This document shows, one piece after another, positions 8,499 to 18,090 of a stretch of 64,000 bases of DNA. Made by a program: the position numbers and the translations under genes. The stretch lies in the NCBI GenBank assembly GCA_023256475.1, contig JAGDXP010000002.1, positions 35,116 to 99,115 of the forward strand, written 5' to 3'. Every line of letters starts with the position of its first letter. The stretch's first letter is position 1. This DNA is from Thermoplasmata archaeon (GTDB lineage Archaea; Thermoplasmatota; Thermoplasmata; Thermoplasmatales; GCA-001856825). The notes under the pieces were generated by a model, which was not told where the DNA came from, made no database searches, and worked only from the letters and a program-made list of their open reading frames with translations.

Positions 8499-9248
8499 AT
8501 GGAGAAGGGAGATATCATAAGATTGCAGTACGATTCATACACAGATGACGGAAAATTAATTGAGACCACCGACGTTGAGAAGGCGAAATCTGCCGGTATA
8601 TACGATGAGCACACAATATACAAACCCATGATAGTAATCGTGGGATCAGGCAGATTACTGAAGCCATTGGAAGAAGAAATTAAAAAATCAAACATTGGTG
8701 AAGAAAAGGAAATTACCATACCTCCGGAAGAGGCCTTTGGAGTAAGAGACCCAAACAACGTTAAAGTCATCTCCATGAGGGAGTTAGAAAGGAGGGAAAT
8801 TGAGCCTGAGCTTGGAAAGACTGTTAAGATAGGTGACAAATATGGAAGGATTACAGCGATAAGTCCAGGACGAGTTGTTGTTGACTTTAATCACCCTCTA
8901 GCCGGAAAATCAATTAAATATAAATTTAAAATTGCAGAGAAAATTGATGACGAAACTGAAAAAATAAAGGCAATCATAGAATTGAATTATAACAAAGATG
9001 TTGAAAAATTCCAAATCGAAGCAGGTGATTCGATTACCATCACAGTTCCGGACAGCGCCAAAATTGATGAGAATTGGCTGATCGCAAAATTCGGAATTGT
9101 GGGAGAAATAAGAGAGTACGTGGGAAATAAGGATGTGATCCTCAAGGAAGTCTATCAGAAGAGGACAGAGGAGAAGAAAGAGGAGAAAAAGGAGGCTCAA
9201 ACGGAGAATACTAAAATAGAGGAAAATAAAGCTGAAACTCCAACTTAA
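8499..9248 (+). CDS. FKBP-type peptidyl-prolyl cis-trans isomerase (long archaeal SlyD/FKBP type)
   Basis: Contains GDIIRLQYDSYTDDGKLIETT and VVVDFNHPLAGK blocks with an inserted flap domain. It ends in a Lys/Glu-rich low-complexity tail. Confidence 0.85.
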   Translation: MEKGDIIRLQYDSYTDDGKLIETTDVEKAKSAGIYDEHTIYKPMIVIVGSGRLLKPLEEEIKKSNIGEEKEITIPPEEAFGVRDPNNVKVISMRELERREIEPELGKTVKIGDKYGRITAISPGRVVVDFNHPLAGKSIKYKFKIAEKIDDETEKIKAIIELNYNKDVEKFQIEAGDSITITVPDSAKIDENWLIAKFGIVGEIREYVGNKDVILKEVYQKRTEEKKEEKKEAQTENTKIEENKAETPT

Positions 9249-9278
9249 TTTTTTAATTTATTCCATTAAGGAGTAGAA

Positions 9279-10514
9279 ATGCCCGAAAATAAGGAAAAAG
9301 ATGTTGAAAAGGAACTCAAAGAGTATCAATTCAAAAAGCAGATAGAGGAGATTAAAAATCTTCAGGGTAGGGGAACTGAACTAATTTCAGTGTACATCCC
9401 GCCTGGGAGACCCATAAGCGATGTAATTGCATATCTCAGGGACGAATATTCCACATCCACAAATATAAAAAGCAAGACCACCAGGAAAAATGTTACATCA
9501 GCCATAGAGAGCATAATGTCAAAGCTGAAATATTACAAGATGCCTCCTGAAAACGGGTTAGCAGTTTTTGTTGGTCATGTGCCATCAAAAGGCGATCAAA
9601 CCGAGATGGTTTCATACTTCATTGAACCACCCGAAAAAATTAACAGCTTTCTATATCGATGCGACTCCAAATTCTATTTGGATCCCATATTACCGATGCT
9701 TGAGCATAAGGATACCTATGGTCTCATAGTGATTGATAGGGCAGAAGCTACCATAGGCCTGCTAAGGGGTTCCAGGATTGAAGTAATTGACAATTTTGAG
9801 AGCCAGGTTCCTAGCAAACACCATCAGGGCGGCCAAAGTTCCAGAAGGTATGAAAGACTAATAGAAATAGCAGCCCATGAATTCTTCACTAAAGTTGGAG
9901 AAAGGGCGTCACAAGCATTTCTCAAGGAACCAAATCTTAAGGGTGTCCTCATAGGAGGTCCCGGATCAACTAAAGAGTTCTTCTATAAGAAAGGATATCT
10001 TCACTATCAAATACAGCAGAAGGTAATTGATCTCTATGATGTGGGTTACACAAATGAATATGGACTTAAGGAATTGGTTGATAAAGCTGCACAAACCTTG
10101 GAGCAGCTTGAAATAGCAAGAGAAAAGAAGATAGTGGAAAGATTCCTCGTAGAAATCAAAAAGGGGACAGGCAGAGCAATCTATGGGGACAAGGAGGTTA
10201 TGGAGGCATTGAAACAGGGTAAGGTGGATACCCTCATCATATCAAAGGGCCTGGTTAAATTTAGGATCAAATATAGATGCGAAAATGACGGAACTGAGAT
10301 AGAAGAGGTTGCCTCCAGGGAAGTGATTAAAGAATGCCCCAAATGTGGAAATCCCATGGTTCCCATTGAGGAAACAGACCTCATAGAGGATTACATTAGG
10401 GCCGGCCAGGAAAATGGTGCTAAAATCGAATTAATAACAGATGAGTCGGATGAGGGTGCATTATTTTTAAAGGCATTCGGCGGTATAGGTGCAATACTCA
10501 GATACACCAACTGA
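9279..10514 (+). CDS. prf1: Peptide chain release factor aRF1
   Basis: Contains the NIKS motif (STNIKSKTTR) and the GGQ motif (HHQGGQSSRRYERL), plus a C-terminal zinc-ribbon insert (CPKCGNPM). An AAGGAG Shine-Dalgarno-like element lies about 8 nt upstream. Confidence 0.95.
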   Translation: MPENKEKDVEKELKEYQFKKQIEEIKNLQGRGTELISVYIPPGRPISDVIAYLRDEYSTSTNIKSKTTRKNVTSAIESIMSKLKYYKMPPENGLAVFVGHVPSKGDQTEMVSYFIEPPEKINSFLYRCDSKFYLDPILPMLEHKDTYGLIVIDRAEATIGLLRGSRIEVIDNFESQVPSKHHQGGQSSRRYERLIEIAAHEFFTKVGERASQAFLKEPNLKGVLIGGPGSTKEFFYKKGYLHYQIQQKVIDLYDVGYTNEYGLKELVDKAAQTLEQLEIAREKKIVERFLVEIKKGTGRAIYGDKEVMEALKQGKVDTLIISKGLVKFRIKYRCENDGTEIEEVASREVIKECPKCGNPMVPIEETDLIEDYIRAGQENGAKIELITDESDEGALFLKAFGGIGAILRYTN

Positions 10515-10626
10515 TATATCAATTTGGGTTTTGGTTTCGTTTTAAAAATTATTTCATTTCAATTACTGGGTTGGTTTAGAATATTGATATTGAACAAATA
10601 TTTTAATATAGAACGAATTAACAAAT

Positions 10627-13305
10627 ATGACTCATGCAGACAAAAAATACATTTACTTCTTTGAAGAGGGTTCAAAGGATATGAAGATGCTCCTTGGTGG
10701 CAAAGGAGCTGGGTTAGCTGAAATGACTAGAATTGGGTTGAGAACACCACCTGGTTTTACCATCACTACTGAAGCATGCAATTATTACTTCAATAATGGG
10801 CAGCTTCCACCAGGACTGTGGGAAGATGTTGTAGATTCAATGCATGAACTTGAGAGGAGGACAAATAGGGTGTTTGGCGGAGGCCCAAAAATTCTACTGG
10901 TCTCTGTAAGATCAGGTGCACCAGTAAGTATGCCAGGAATGATGGACACTGTTCTGAATCTGGGTTTAAATGATAATAATGTCAACATCCTTGCTAATGA
11001 AACTAACAACGTGAGATTTGCATGGGATGCCTATAGAAGATTTGTGCAGATGTTTGGGAGAATAGTGCTGGGAGTTGAAGGTAAAAAATTCGATTCCCTC
11101 ATAGAAGATCTAAAGAAGAGCAAGAACATTAAAAATGATTATGAAATCCAGGCTGACGACTGGAAGATATTGGTTGGCAAATTCAAGAACATTATAAGGG
11201 AAGAGGGGAAGGAACTTCCCGAGGATCCTTACAAACAATTAGAGATGGCGATAAAGGCAGTTTTCGATTCCTGGAAAAATGATAGGGCTGTGGTTTATAG
11301 AAAGATAAATAGGATTCCAGATAGCCTTGGAACAGCAGTTTCTGTAGTCACCATGGTTTACGGTAACACTGGGCCTAAATCTGCTACAGGGGTTGCCTTC
11401 ACCAGAGATCCAAATACAGGAGAGAAAAAGCTCTATGGCGAGTACCTCATAAATGCACAGGGAGAGGATGTAGTAGCTGGTATCAGGACGCCTTCTCCAG
11501 TTGAAAAGTTAAAAGATGAAATACCGGAAGCCTACGAAGAACTGGTCAGGTCCGCGGACATATTGGAAAATCATTATAAGGATGTACAGGACATAGAATT
11601 CACAATACAGGACGGTGTTTTCTATCTCCTGCAGACAAGGAGTGCAAAAAGGAGCGCTAGAGCTGCCATAAAGATAGCAGTTGATTTCTATAAGGAAGGA
11701 AAAGTTACCATGGAAGAAGCTGTTAATATGGTTGAACCCGGGCATATAAATCAGTTGCTCCATCCGCAAGTTGACCAGTCCAAGGCTGGTGCTCCAATAG
11801 CGAAAGGTCTAGCTGCAAGCCCGGGTGCAGGATCAGGGAAGATAGTACTGAATCCAGACATGGCAGTAAAACTAAACGAGAAAGGAGAGAAAGTTGTTCT
11901 TGTGAGAACAGAGACCTTGGCCGATGATGTTCATGGAATAGCTGTTTCAGAGGCTGTCTTAACCTCGAGAGGAGGTATGACTTCCCATGCGGCTGTAGTT
12001 GCAAGGGCCATGGGAAAACCGGCAATAGTAGGTGCAGAAGAAGTTAAGATCAACGAAACTGCCGGAACTGTAAAGTTCAGGGATTTGGAATTGAAGGAAG
12101 GAGATGTCATCACAGTAGATGGAACTAGCGGTAATGTATATAGGGGTGAAGTTCCACTGATTCTTCCAGAACTAAGTGGGGATTACCAGACATTCATGGA
12201 TTTCTGCAAGAGGGTCAAAAAGATAGGTGTTCTGGCAAATGCTAATACCCCCGAAGAAGCCATTTTAGCCAGAAAGAACGGTGCAGAGGGAATAGGATTA
12301 GCTAGGACCGAAAGGATGTTCCTGGGTGCAGATAGGATTCCAATCATGAGGGCCATGATAATGTCCAGCAATCCTGAAGAGAGGAAGAAATATATTGATA
12401 AGCTCCTGCCTCTTCAATACAACGACTTTGTAGAATTCTTCAGAACCATGAATGGCTACCCTGTGATTATAAGGTTACTAGATCCCCCATTGCATGAATT
12501 CCTCCCTAAGAAGGAAGATTTAATGGTAGAAATCACCGAACTAAAGTACAAGATAAAATCGGCCAATGAAAAGACAAAGCCCAGATTAAAGAAAAAATTG
12601 AATGAATTGAATGAGATTTTAAAGAAGGTGAACTCCCTCAGCGAATTCAACCCCATGATAGGATTCAGGGGGATCAGAGTGGGAATATTGTATCCTGAAA
12701 TATATGAAATGCAGGTAAGGGCAATAATTAGGGCTGCGCTGAAGGTACAGGACGAGGGCCTGAAAGTGCTTCCAGAAATTATGATACCGCTTACCGTTGA
12801 AGCCAAAGAACTAAAGCTTGTAAGGGACAGGCTTGAGAGGGTGATAAAAGAGGAGATAGGAAGCAAGTCCTTAAAATATAAGTTTGGGACAATGATAGAA
12901 ACTCCTAGAGCTGCACTGACAGCAGATGAGATTGCAAAAGTGGCAGATTTCTTCAGTTTCGGTACTAATGACCTTACTCAGATGACCTTTGCTTTCTCCA
13001 GAGATGATGTGGAGGCCACATTCCTGCCCAGATACCTTGAACTTAAAATATTAGAGAGGAATCCGTTTGAAAGCCTCGATAGATCTGGCGTTGGTCAATT
13101 GGTCAAAATGGGGAGGGATAAGGGAATAAATTCCAACCCTGAACTAGAAGTTGGAATATGCGGAGAGCATGGTGGTGATCCAGATTCAGTAAAATTCTGT
13201 CACGAGATCGGCCTTCACTATGTGTCAGCTTCACCGTATAGGATTCCACTGGCCATATTGGCTGCTGCCCAAGCAGCTTCAAAGGATAAAGCGAGAGGTG
13301 ATTAA
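10627..13305 (+). CDS. ppdK: Pyruvate, phosphate dikinase
   Basis: 892 aa with the phosphohistidine region TSRGGMTSHAAVVARAMGKP and the C-terminal PEP/pyruvate domain blocks FFSFGTNDLTQ and CGEHGGDP. Confidence 0.95.
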   Translation: MTHADKKYIYFFEEGSKDMKMLLGGKGAGLAEMTRIGLRTPPGFTITTEACNYYFNNGQLPPGLWEDVVDSMHELERRTNRVFGGGPKILLVSVRSGAPVSMPGMMDTVLNLGLNDNNVNILANETNNVRFAWDAYRRFVQMFGRIVLGVEGKKFDSLIEDLKKSKNIKNDYEIQADDWKILVGKFKNIIREEGKELPEDPYKQLEMAIKAVFDSWKNDRAVVYRKINRIPDSLGTAVSVVTMVYGNTGPKSATGVAFTRDPNTGEKKLYGEYLINAQGEDVVAGIRTPSPVEKLKDEIPEAYEELVRSADILENHYKDVQDIEFTIQDGVFYLLQTRSAKRSARAAIKIAVDFYKEGKVTMEEAVNMVEPGHINQLLHPQVDQSKAGAPIAKGLAASPGAGSGKIVLNPDMAVKLNEKGEKVVLVRTETLADDVHGIAVSEAVLTSRGGMTSHAAVVARAMGKPAIVGAEEVKINETAGTVKFRDLELKEGDVITVDGTSGNVYRGEVPLILPELSGDYQTFMDFCKRVKKIGVLANANTPEEAILARKNGAEGIGLARTERMFLGADRIPIMRAMIMSSNPEERKKYIDKLLPLQYNDFVEFFRTMNGYPVIIRLLDPPLHEFLPKKEDLMVEITELKYKIKSANEKTKPRLKKKLNELNEILKKVNSLSEFNPMIGFRGIRVGILYPEIYEMQVRAIIRAALKVQDEGLKVLPEIMIPLTVEAKELKLVRDRLERVIKEEIGSKSLKYKFGTMIETPRAALTADEIAKVADFFSFGTNDLTQMTFAFSRDDVEATFLPRYLELKILERNPFESLDRSGVGQLVKMGRDKGINSNPELEVGICGEHGGDPDSVKFCHEIGLHYVSASPYRIPLAILAAAQAASKDKARGD

Positions 13306-14511
13306 ATGTCTGAGATTGTTAATGCAGATATCAGGAAAATCCTGGACTCCAGGGGTAATGAGACCGTAGAAGTTGATATATACACAAAGTATGGCTTCGG
13401 GAGAGCATCAGCACCCAGCGGTGCATCCAAGGGAGAGAATGAAGTGAAAGATTATCCCCAGGGCGGAATAAATGAGTCTCTGAGGATTTTCAGGCAAGAA
13501 GTAGCACCAAAGATTGTGGGATTCGATGCATCAGATCAGAATAATTTTGATGCATTGCTTGAAGAAATAGATGGGACAGGTAATTTTTCCAGAATTGGGG
13601 GTAACCTTGCAGTAGCCATATCTATGGCGGCTGCCAAGGCCTCGGCCGATGAATTTGGAATTCCACTGTACAGATATATAGGTGGCCTCAACTATGCCAT
13701 ACCGGCTCCTTTGGGAAATGTGATTGGAGGGGGAGCCCATGCAGTTAATGGTACCACAATACAGGAATTCCTCATATCAACCCATTCAAAAGACATCTAT
13801 GAAGCCATATTAACCAATGCCAAGATACATAGGGCCATTAAAGATAAGCTTTCAAAGAGCCTCAACACACCACTCGGAATGGGAGATGAAAAGGCATGGG
13901 TTGTCCCGATGAAGGATGAGGATGTTTTCGAATTGCTGAACGGCATTGTACAGCAGTACAGAGATTCAACAGGGCTTGACATAGATTTGGGGATAGATAT
14001 GGCGGCATCCAGCTTCTACAAGAACGGTAAGTATTATTACAGAGATAGGGCACTCACAAGGGAAGAACAGATTGATTTTGTAATCTCCCTGGTGAAGGAA
14101 TATGGTCTAAAATATGTTGAAGATCCCATGGAGCAAAATGATTTTGAGGGATATGCAACCATTACAAAGGAGGTCGGAGACAGGGCCTATATTGTGGGGG
14201 ATGATTTGTATACCACCAACAGAGATTTGCTGCAGAAGGGCCTTAGCCTCCTCTCCACAAATGCTGTACTCCTTAAGCCCAATCAGGTAGGGACAGTTTC
14301 AAGGTTGATTAATACCTGGAAGCTTGCAAAGGAGAATGGCCTTGGTACCATCGTCTCCCACAGGTCAGGGGAAACAAATGATGAATTTATAGCTCACTTA
14401 GCCGTGGGCCTTTCCACCGATTACATAAAAACGGGTACGGTAGGTGGAGAGAGGATAGCAAAATTAAATGAACTTGTAAGAATTCAGGGTGAGATAGGAG
14501 GAATTAGATGA
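13306..14511 (+). CDS. eno: Enolase
   Basis: Contains ILDSRGNETVEVD, LLKPNQVGT and SHRSGETND blocks. Its ATG immediately follows the ppdK stop. Confidence 0.95.
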   Translation: MSEIVNADIRKILDSRGNETVEVDIYTKYGFGRASAPSGASKGENEVKDYPQGGINESLRIFRQEVAPKIVGFDASDQNNFDALLEEIDGTGNFSRIGGNLAVAISMAAAKASADEFGIPLYRYIGGLNYAIPAPLGNVIGGGAHAVNGTTIQEFLISTHSKDIYEAILTNAKIHRAIKDKLSKSLNTPLGMGDEKAWVVPMKDEDVFELLNGIVQQYRDSTGLDIDLGIDMAASSFYKNGKYYYRDRALTREEQIDFVISLVKEYGLKYVEDPMEQNDFEGYATITKEVGDRAYIVGDDLYTTNRDLLQKGLSLLSTNAVLLKPNQVGTVSRLINTWKLAKENGLGTIVSHRSGETNDEFIAHLAVGLSTDYIKTGTVGGERIAKLNELVRIQGEIGGIR

Positions 14512-15095
14512 ATAATGAACTACTAGTTCCGGAAGAGGTTTACAGAACATCCCAGGTGCAAATAGGCACAAAGGTAAAGAACGCCAACATGAGCCAGTTT
14601 ATTGCAGGAGTTACAAAGGAAGGACTGAACATTATAGATATTTCCAAGATAGATGAGAGAATCAAGCTGGCAGCTAAATTTCTATCAAGGTATGATCCGC
14701 AGGGCGTAGTTTTTGTAGCCTCAAGAGAATACGCAAAGAAACCGGCGGTAAAAACAGCTGAACTTCTTGGTGCGAAGGCGATAACTGAAAGATTCATACC
14801 CGGTACTTTTACAAACCCAAACATCCAGGGATACGTTGAACCAGACGTTGTCTTTGTAAATGATCCTGCAGTGGATAATCAGGCCATGATGGAGGCAGTT
14901 AAGAACGGAATACCCATAGTTGCAATACTGCACACAAATAACAGTTCATCCTATGTGGATCTGATAATACCTGGTAACAACAAGGGCAGGGAAAGCCTGG
15001 CCCTAATCTATTATCTGCTTACCAGGGAGATCCTGAGAATCTGGGGTAAGGATGTTAGTGGCTTAAAGAGGGAGGACTTCCAGGCAGAATTATGA
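14508..15095 (+). CDS. rps2: 30S ribosomal protein uS2
   Basis: The block VFVNDPAVDNQAMMEAVKNGIPIVAILHTNNS is typical of uS2. There is an ATGA overlap with the eno stop and a GGAGG element 7 nt upstream. Confidence 0.9.
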   Translation: MNNELLVPEEVYRTSQVQIGTKVKNANMSQFIAGVTKEGLNIIDISKIDERIKLAAKFLSRYDPQGVVFVASREYAKKPAVKTAELLGAKAITERFIPGTFTNPNIQGYVEPDVVFVNDPAVDNQAMMEAVKNGIPIVAILHTNNSSSYVDLIIPGNNKGRESLALIYYLLTREILRIWGKDVSGLKREDFQAEL

Positions 15096-15907
15096 GAAAA
15101 CCTCATGTAGCCGGATATTTCTATCCCTCCTCAAGGGAGGAGCTGATTGAGAAGATAGAATGGAGTTTCCTCCATCCATTCGGTCCAGGCTACATTCCTG
15201 AGGTATCCAGAGAGCAGGGCAATATTGGGGTGATTGCACCCCATGCTGGATACGATTATAGTGGACCCATAGCGGCCCATGCTTTTGATGCACTGGCCAA
15301 ATCTGGAAGGTATGATTACTTTGTGATAATTGGCCCTAACCATACGGGGGTAGGGGCTGATATTTCTCTAGGAAGCCAGGATTACCAGACGCCCTTAGGA
15401 ATTGCAAAAATACAGAGAGATGCGCTTGATATACTCAATGACCAGGGCCTAGAAGTTAATGATGATGGTCATGAAATGGAGCATTCCGTAGAAGTTGAAG
15501 TGCCTTTCCTTCAATACCTATATGGAGAAATAAGGATACTTCCCATAGTTATGCTTGATCAAAGTCTGGAGGCAGCGAGACGCCTATCTGATGCATTAAA
15601 GAAATTAGAGGGAAATTTTACCATAGTTGCAAGTTCAGATTTCAATCACTATTTACCTCTGGAAAAACTGAAACGATATGATAATATAATTGCAAAGACA
15701 ATACTGGACAGGAATCTCAGAGCTTTATATAACTACGTGTATTCAGAGGAATTTACCCCATGCGGTTTTGGGCCAATGGCCACAATTCTCTTAACCTTTC
15801 AGGGTAGGGTTGAGCTTTTGAGGCTCTCCAATTCCATCGAAATTGCAGGGGGGCATGAAGGAGTGGGATATGCCTCCTTTAAAATTGACAAATTCAAAGA
15901 ACAATAG
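15092..15907 (+). CDS. MEMO1-family protein (AmmeMemoRadiSam system protein B-like)
   Basis: Contains IAPHAGYDYSGPIAAHAF, IIGPNHTG and MEHSVEVEVPFLQ blocks. There is an ATGA overlap with the rps2 stop. Confidence 0.85.
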   Translation: MRKPHVAGYFYPSSREELIEKIEWSFLHPFGPGYIPEVSREQGNIGVIAPHAGYDYSGPIAAHAFDALAKSGRYDYFVIIGPNHTGVGADISLGSQDYQTPLGIAKIQRDALDILNDQGLEVNDDGHEMEHSVEVEVPFLQYLYGEIRILPIVMLDQSLEAARRLSDALKKLEGNFTIVASSDFNHYLPLEKLKRYDNIIAKTILDRNLRALYNYVYSEEFTPCGFGPMATILLTFQGRVELLRLSNSIEIAGGHEGVGYASFKIDKFKEQ

Positions 15908-16793
15908 CGCTTTCATACCCGGAAATGGCTATGAACTTCTTCCTTAAAGTGTACCTTTCCCTTTTCAGCCATAGGTCGAATACTGCTGTGCCCCTCATCT
16001 CAACGTACTTATCTTCTCCCGGCATCTGTATCCAATTGGTATAAGGATAGAGTGGCTGAGTAAGGTACAATTTTTCATGCCTGAAATTCTTGAGCTCCTC
16101 ATAAATATATGATACCCGGTTACCTGCAACCAAATTTTCAATAAGGAATTCTCTAGCCTTAATGAATTCCACATAATCTTGTGCAAATTCACCATTTTCT
16201 AAAAAGACCGTTTCAGAAAATATGTAGGGTATACCGTTCTTATAGGCGATTGCTTCAACATAACCCATCTTCTCTATCTTTCGGTTGCTGTTCTTATGCC
16301 ATATCTCGCTGATGGATTCGTCAAAAGCAACTATTGGCGAGCTTCTGATCTTAAAGCCCATTTCCGTCACAGCTGCCGAAATCTTGCGCCCGACTTCAAT
16401 CTCACTATATCCAACAACCGAAGACTGTAATGTTTCCATCACAGTATTTCTTAATTTTTTGGATTCGTCGATGAATATTTTGATTTCACTTTCCAGAGGG
16501 ATATAAAACGATTTTATCAAGATTGAATCATCAGTTTGGCAATCCCTATTCTTAAAGGATATGGAAGAGCATTTGGCATTTCTGACATTTTCCATGAATT
16601 CCTGCTCAATTTCTTTGTTTCCGATGTGGATGATTTTTCCCGAGTCTATTAGAATCCCCTCCGCCCTATCATCATCTGTGAAATAATCTATTAATGGATT
16701 TTCTCGATAAATGATGAAGGGTTGTTTTGAATTATTCCATATAAGCAATGCTCTAGATTGCTTAACTATTGAGAAATCCAATACTTCACTCAT
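15894..16793 (-). CDS. Hypothetical protein with weak resemblance to the M24 (pita-bread) peptidase/creatinase fold, with no metal ligands recognised
   Basis: The order of segments (GYSEIEVGRKISAAVTEMGF...PIVAF...IEKMGYV...NGIPY..SETVFL...) resembles an M24 catalytic domain. I could not find the Asp/His/Glu metal-binding residues. It overlaps the MEMO 3' end convergently by 14 nt. Confidence 0.4.
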   Translation of the reverse strand: MSEVLDFSIVKQSRALLIWNNSKQPFIIYRENPLIDYFTDDDRAEGILIDSGKIIHIGNKEIEQEFMENVRNAKCSSISFKNRDCQTDDSILIKSFYIPLESEIKIFIDESKKLRNTVMETLQSSVVGYSEIEVGRKISAAVTEMGFKIRSSPIVAFDESISEIWHKNSNRKIEKMGYVEAIAYKNGIPYIFSETVFLENGEFAQDYVEFIKAREFLIENLVAGNRVSYIYEELKNFRHEKLYLTQPLYPYTNWIQMPGEDKYVEMRGTAVFDLWLKRERYTLRKKFIAISGYESAIVL

Positions 16794-16850
16794 CCAATTC
16801 TAATATTTGTTAAAACTATTTAAACTTGTTAAAAAACTGATAAAATTAAT

Positions 16851-17258
16851 ATGCCTTATGAGCATGTAAGACGGGGAAACTTGGCTCTGTTTAGAAAAAA
16901 AGAAGAAATGGAAAAACTGAATGATGAAGACCTAGCGAGAATAGAAGAAATAAGCTCGAAGGTTATTGATAAACCTATTTCTTTAGGCATATTGATGGCC
17001 AAGGCGAATGAAAAATCGGGTAACCCCATATTTGGAATAGCCTTAAATCGCTACAAAGATGATCTGGATTCAAGTCTAAAGAACATTGAATCGGAAATCA
17101 TAAACGAGGCTGTAAGGCTTCTTGTTTTGAACTTACTTGATGATCTTGATAATGATTCATATATTGAACAAATGGAAATTCTAAAAGATAGGCTTAAATC
17201 GTTGAGGAAATTGGAAAGAACCATCAAAGGAAACATTGTTCAAACCGAAAATAAATAA
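16851..17258 (+). CDS. Hypothetical small alpha-helical/coiled-coil protein
   Basis: 135 aa, rich in Glu/Lys/Leu heptad-like stretches, with no recognised family. It is followed by a T6 run at 17289-17294. Confidence 0.5.
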   Translation: MPYEHVRRGNLALFRKKEEMEKLNDEDLARIEEISSKVIDKPISLGILMAKANEKSGNPIFGIALNRYKDDLDSSLKNIESEIINEAVRLLVLNLLDDLDNDSYIEQMEILKDRLKSLRKLERTIKGNIVQTENK

Positions 17259-17288
17259 TTTTAGTGGTCTTTCCCAAAATTGGAAAAG

Positions 17289-17294
17289 TTTTTT
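17289..17294 (+). terminator. Oligo-T run, candidate archaeal terminator after the 16851-17258 gene
   Basis: TTTTTT lies 31 nt past the stop codon. Archaeal RNA polymerase terminates at oligo-T tracts. Confidence 0.35.
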
Positions 17295-17349
17295 GGTTAT
17301 TTTGATTTATTGAAAAAATAACTAAATAGGAATTAAGCAATACGTAATA

Positions 17350-18090
17350 GTGTATAATCCAGATAGATGTAAAACCGGCATTGGCGAGTTAGATAGCCTT
17401 TTAAATGGGGGAATTCCCAGGGGAAATTCTGTACTGATTTCGGGTTCATGTGGAACAGGGAAGACTACCCTATCATTGGAATTTCTAATCCACGGAGTTG
17501 AAAATGGAGAAAAGGGGTTATATATTTCGGCTACTGAAATAAGTTCAAAAGTCATGAAAAACATGGTACCATTTCAATTTTTCAGGGAGGAGTATTTTGA
17601 CAGCGGCAAGATAAAGATAATGGATATACCCAATATCTATTCGAAGCTCAACTTGAAGAAACTAGAATTTGAACAGGAAGATATAGATAGGCTTGTGAAT
17701 TATATTGGCGAAATTGTGAAAAATGATGGTATAAAGAGAATTGCTGTAGATTCCCTGACTTCCATATGCTACAGGCTGAGGACTGAAGAAAAGATAAGAG
17801 ATTTCATAATAAAATTTGAAGAAATAGTGAGCAAGATGGGAGGAACGGCCTTAATGATTTCGGAACTTTTGCCCAACGCAAAGGGCTATTCACAATATGG
17901 GGTAGAAGAAGCTGTTGCTGATGGTATTATTCTCCTTGGAAATCTTAAGAGAAGAGGAGACCTTTTGAGAACCCTGCAAATAATCAAAATGAGAGGTACA
18001 TCGCATTCGAGGGCTGAGTATGTGATGGACATAACTCCGTTGGGAATTATGTTATCCCCTCTACTGAAGGGCTGGACGGTGAATCAGTAA
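17350..18090 (+). CDS. KaiC-like RecA-superfamily ATPase (single domain)
   Basis: The block TGIGELDSLLNGGIPRGNSVLISGSCGTGKTTLSLEF contains a Walker A motif. A Walker B-like IAVDSLTS and LQIIKMRGTSHS follow. The GTG start is the first canonical start after an upstream in-frame TAA. Confidence 0.8.
   Translation: MYNPDRCKTGIGELDSLLNGGIPRGNSVLISGSCGTGKTTLSLEFLIHGVENGEKGLYISATEISSKVMKNMVPFQFFREEYFDSGKIKIMDIPNIYSKLNLKKLEFEQEDIDRLVNYIGEIVKNDGIKRIAVDSLTSICYRLRTEEKIRDFIIKFEEIVSKMGGTALMISELLPNAKGYSQYGVEEAVADGIILLGNLKRRGDLLRTLQIIKMRGTSHSRAEYVMDITPLGIMLSPLLKGWTVNQ

Noticed and set aside
11723-12025. 100-aa GC-rich antisense ORF inside ppdK.
   Set aside because: It coincides with the Gly/Ala-rich phosphohistidine domain of PPDK, which explains the locally raised GC. 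The antisense translation is proline- and leucine-rich with no recognisable motifs.
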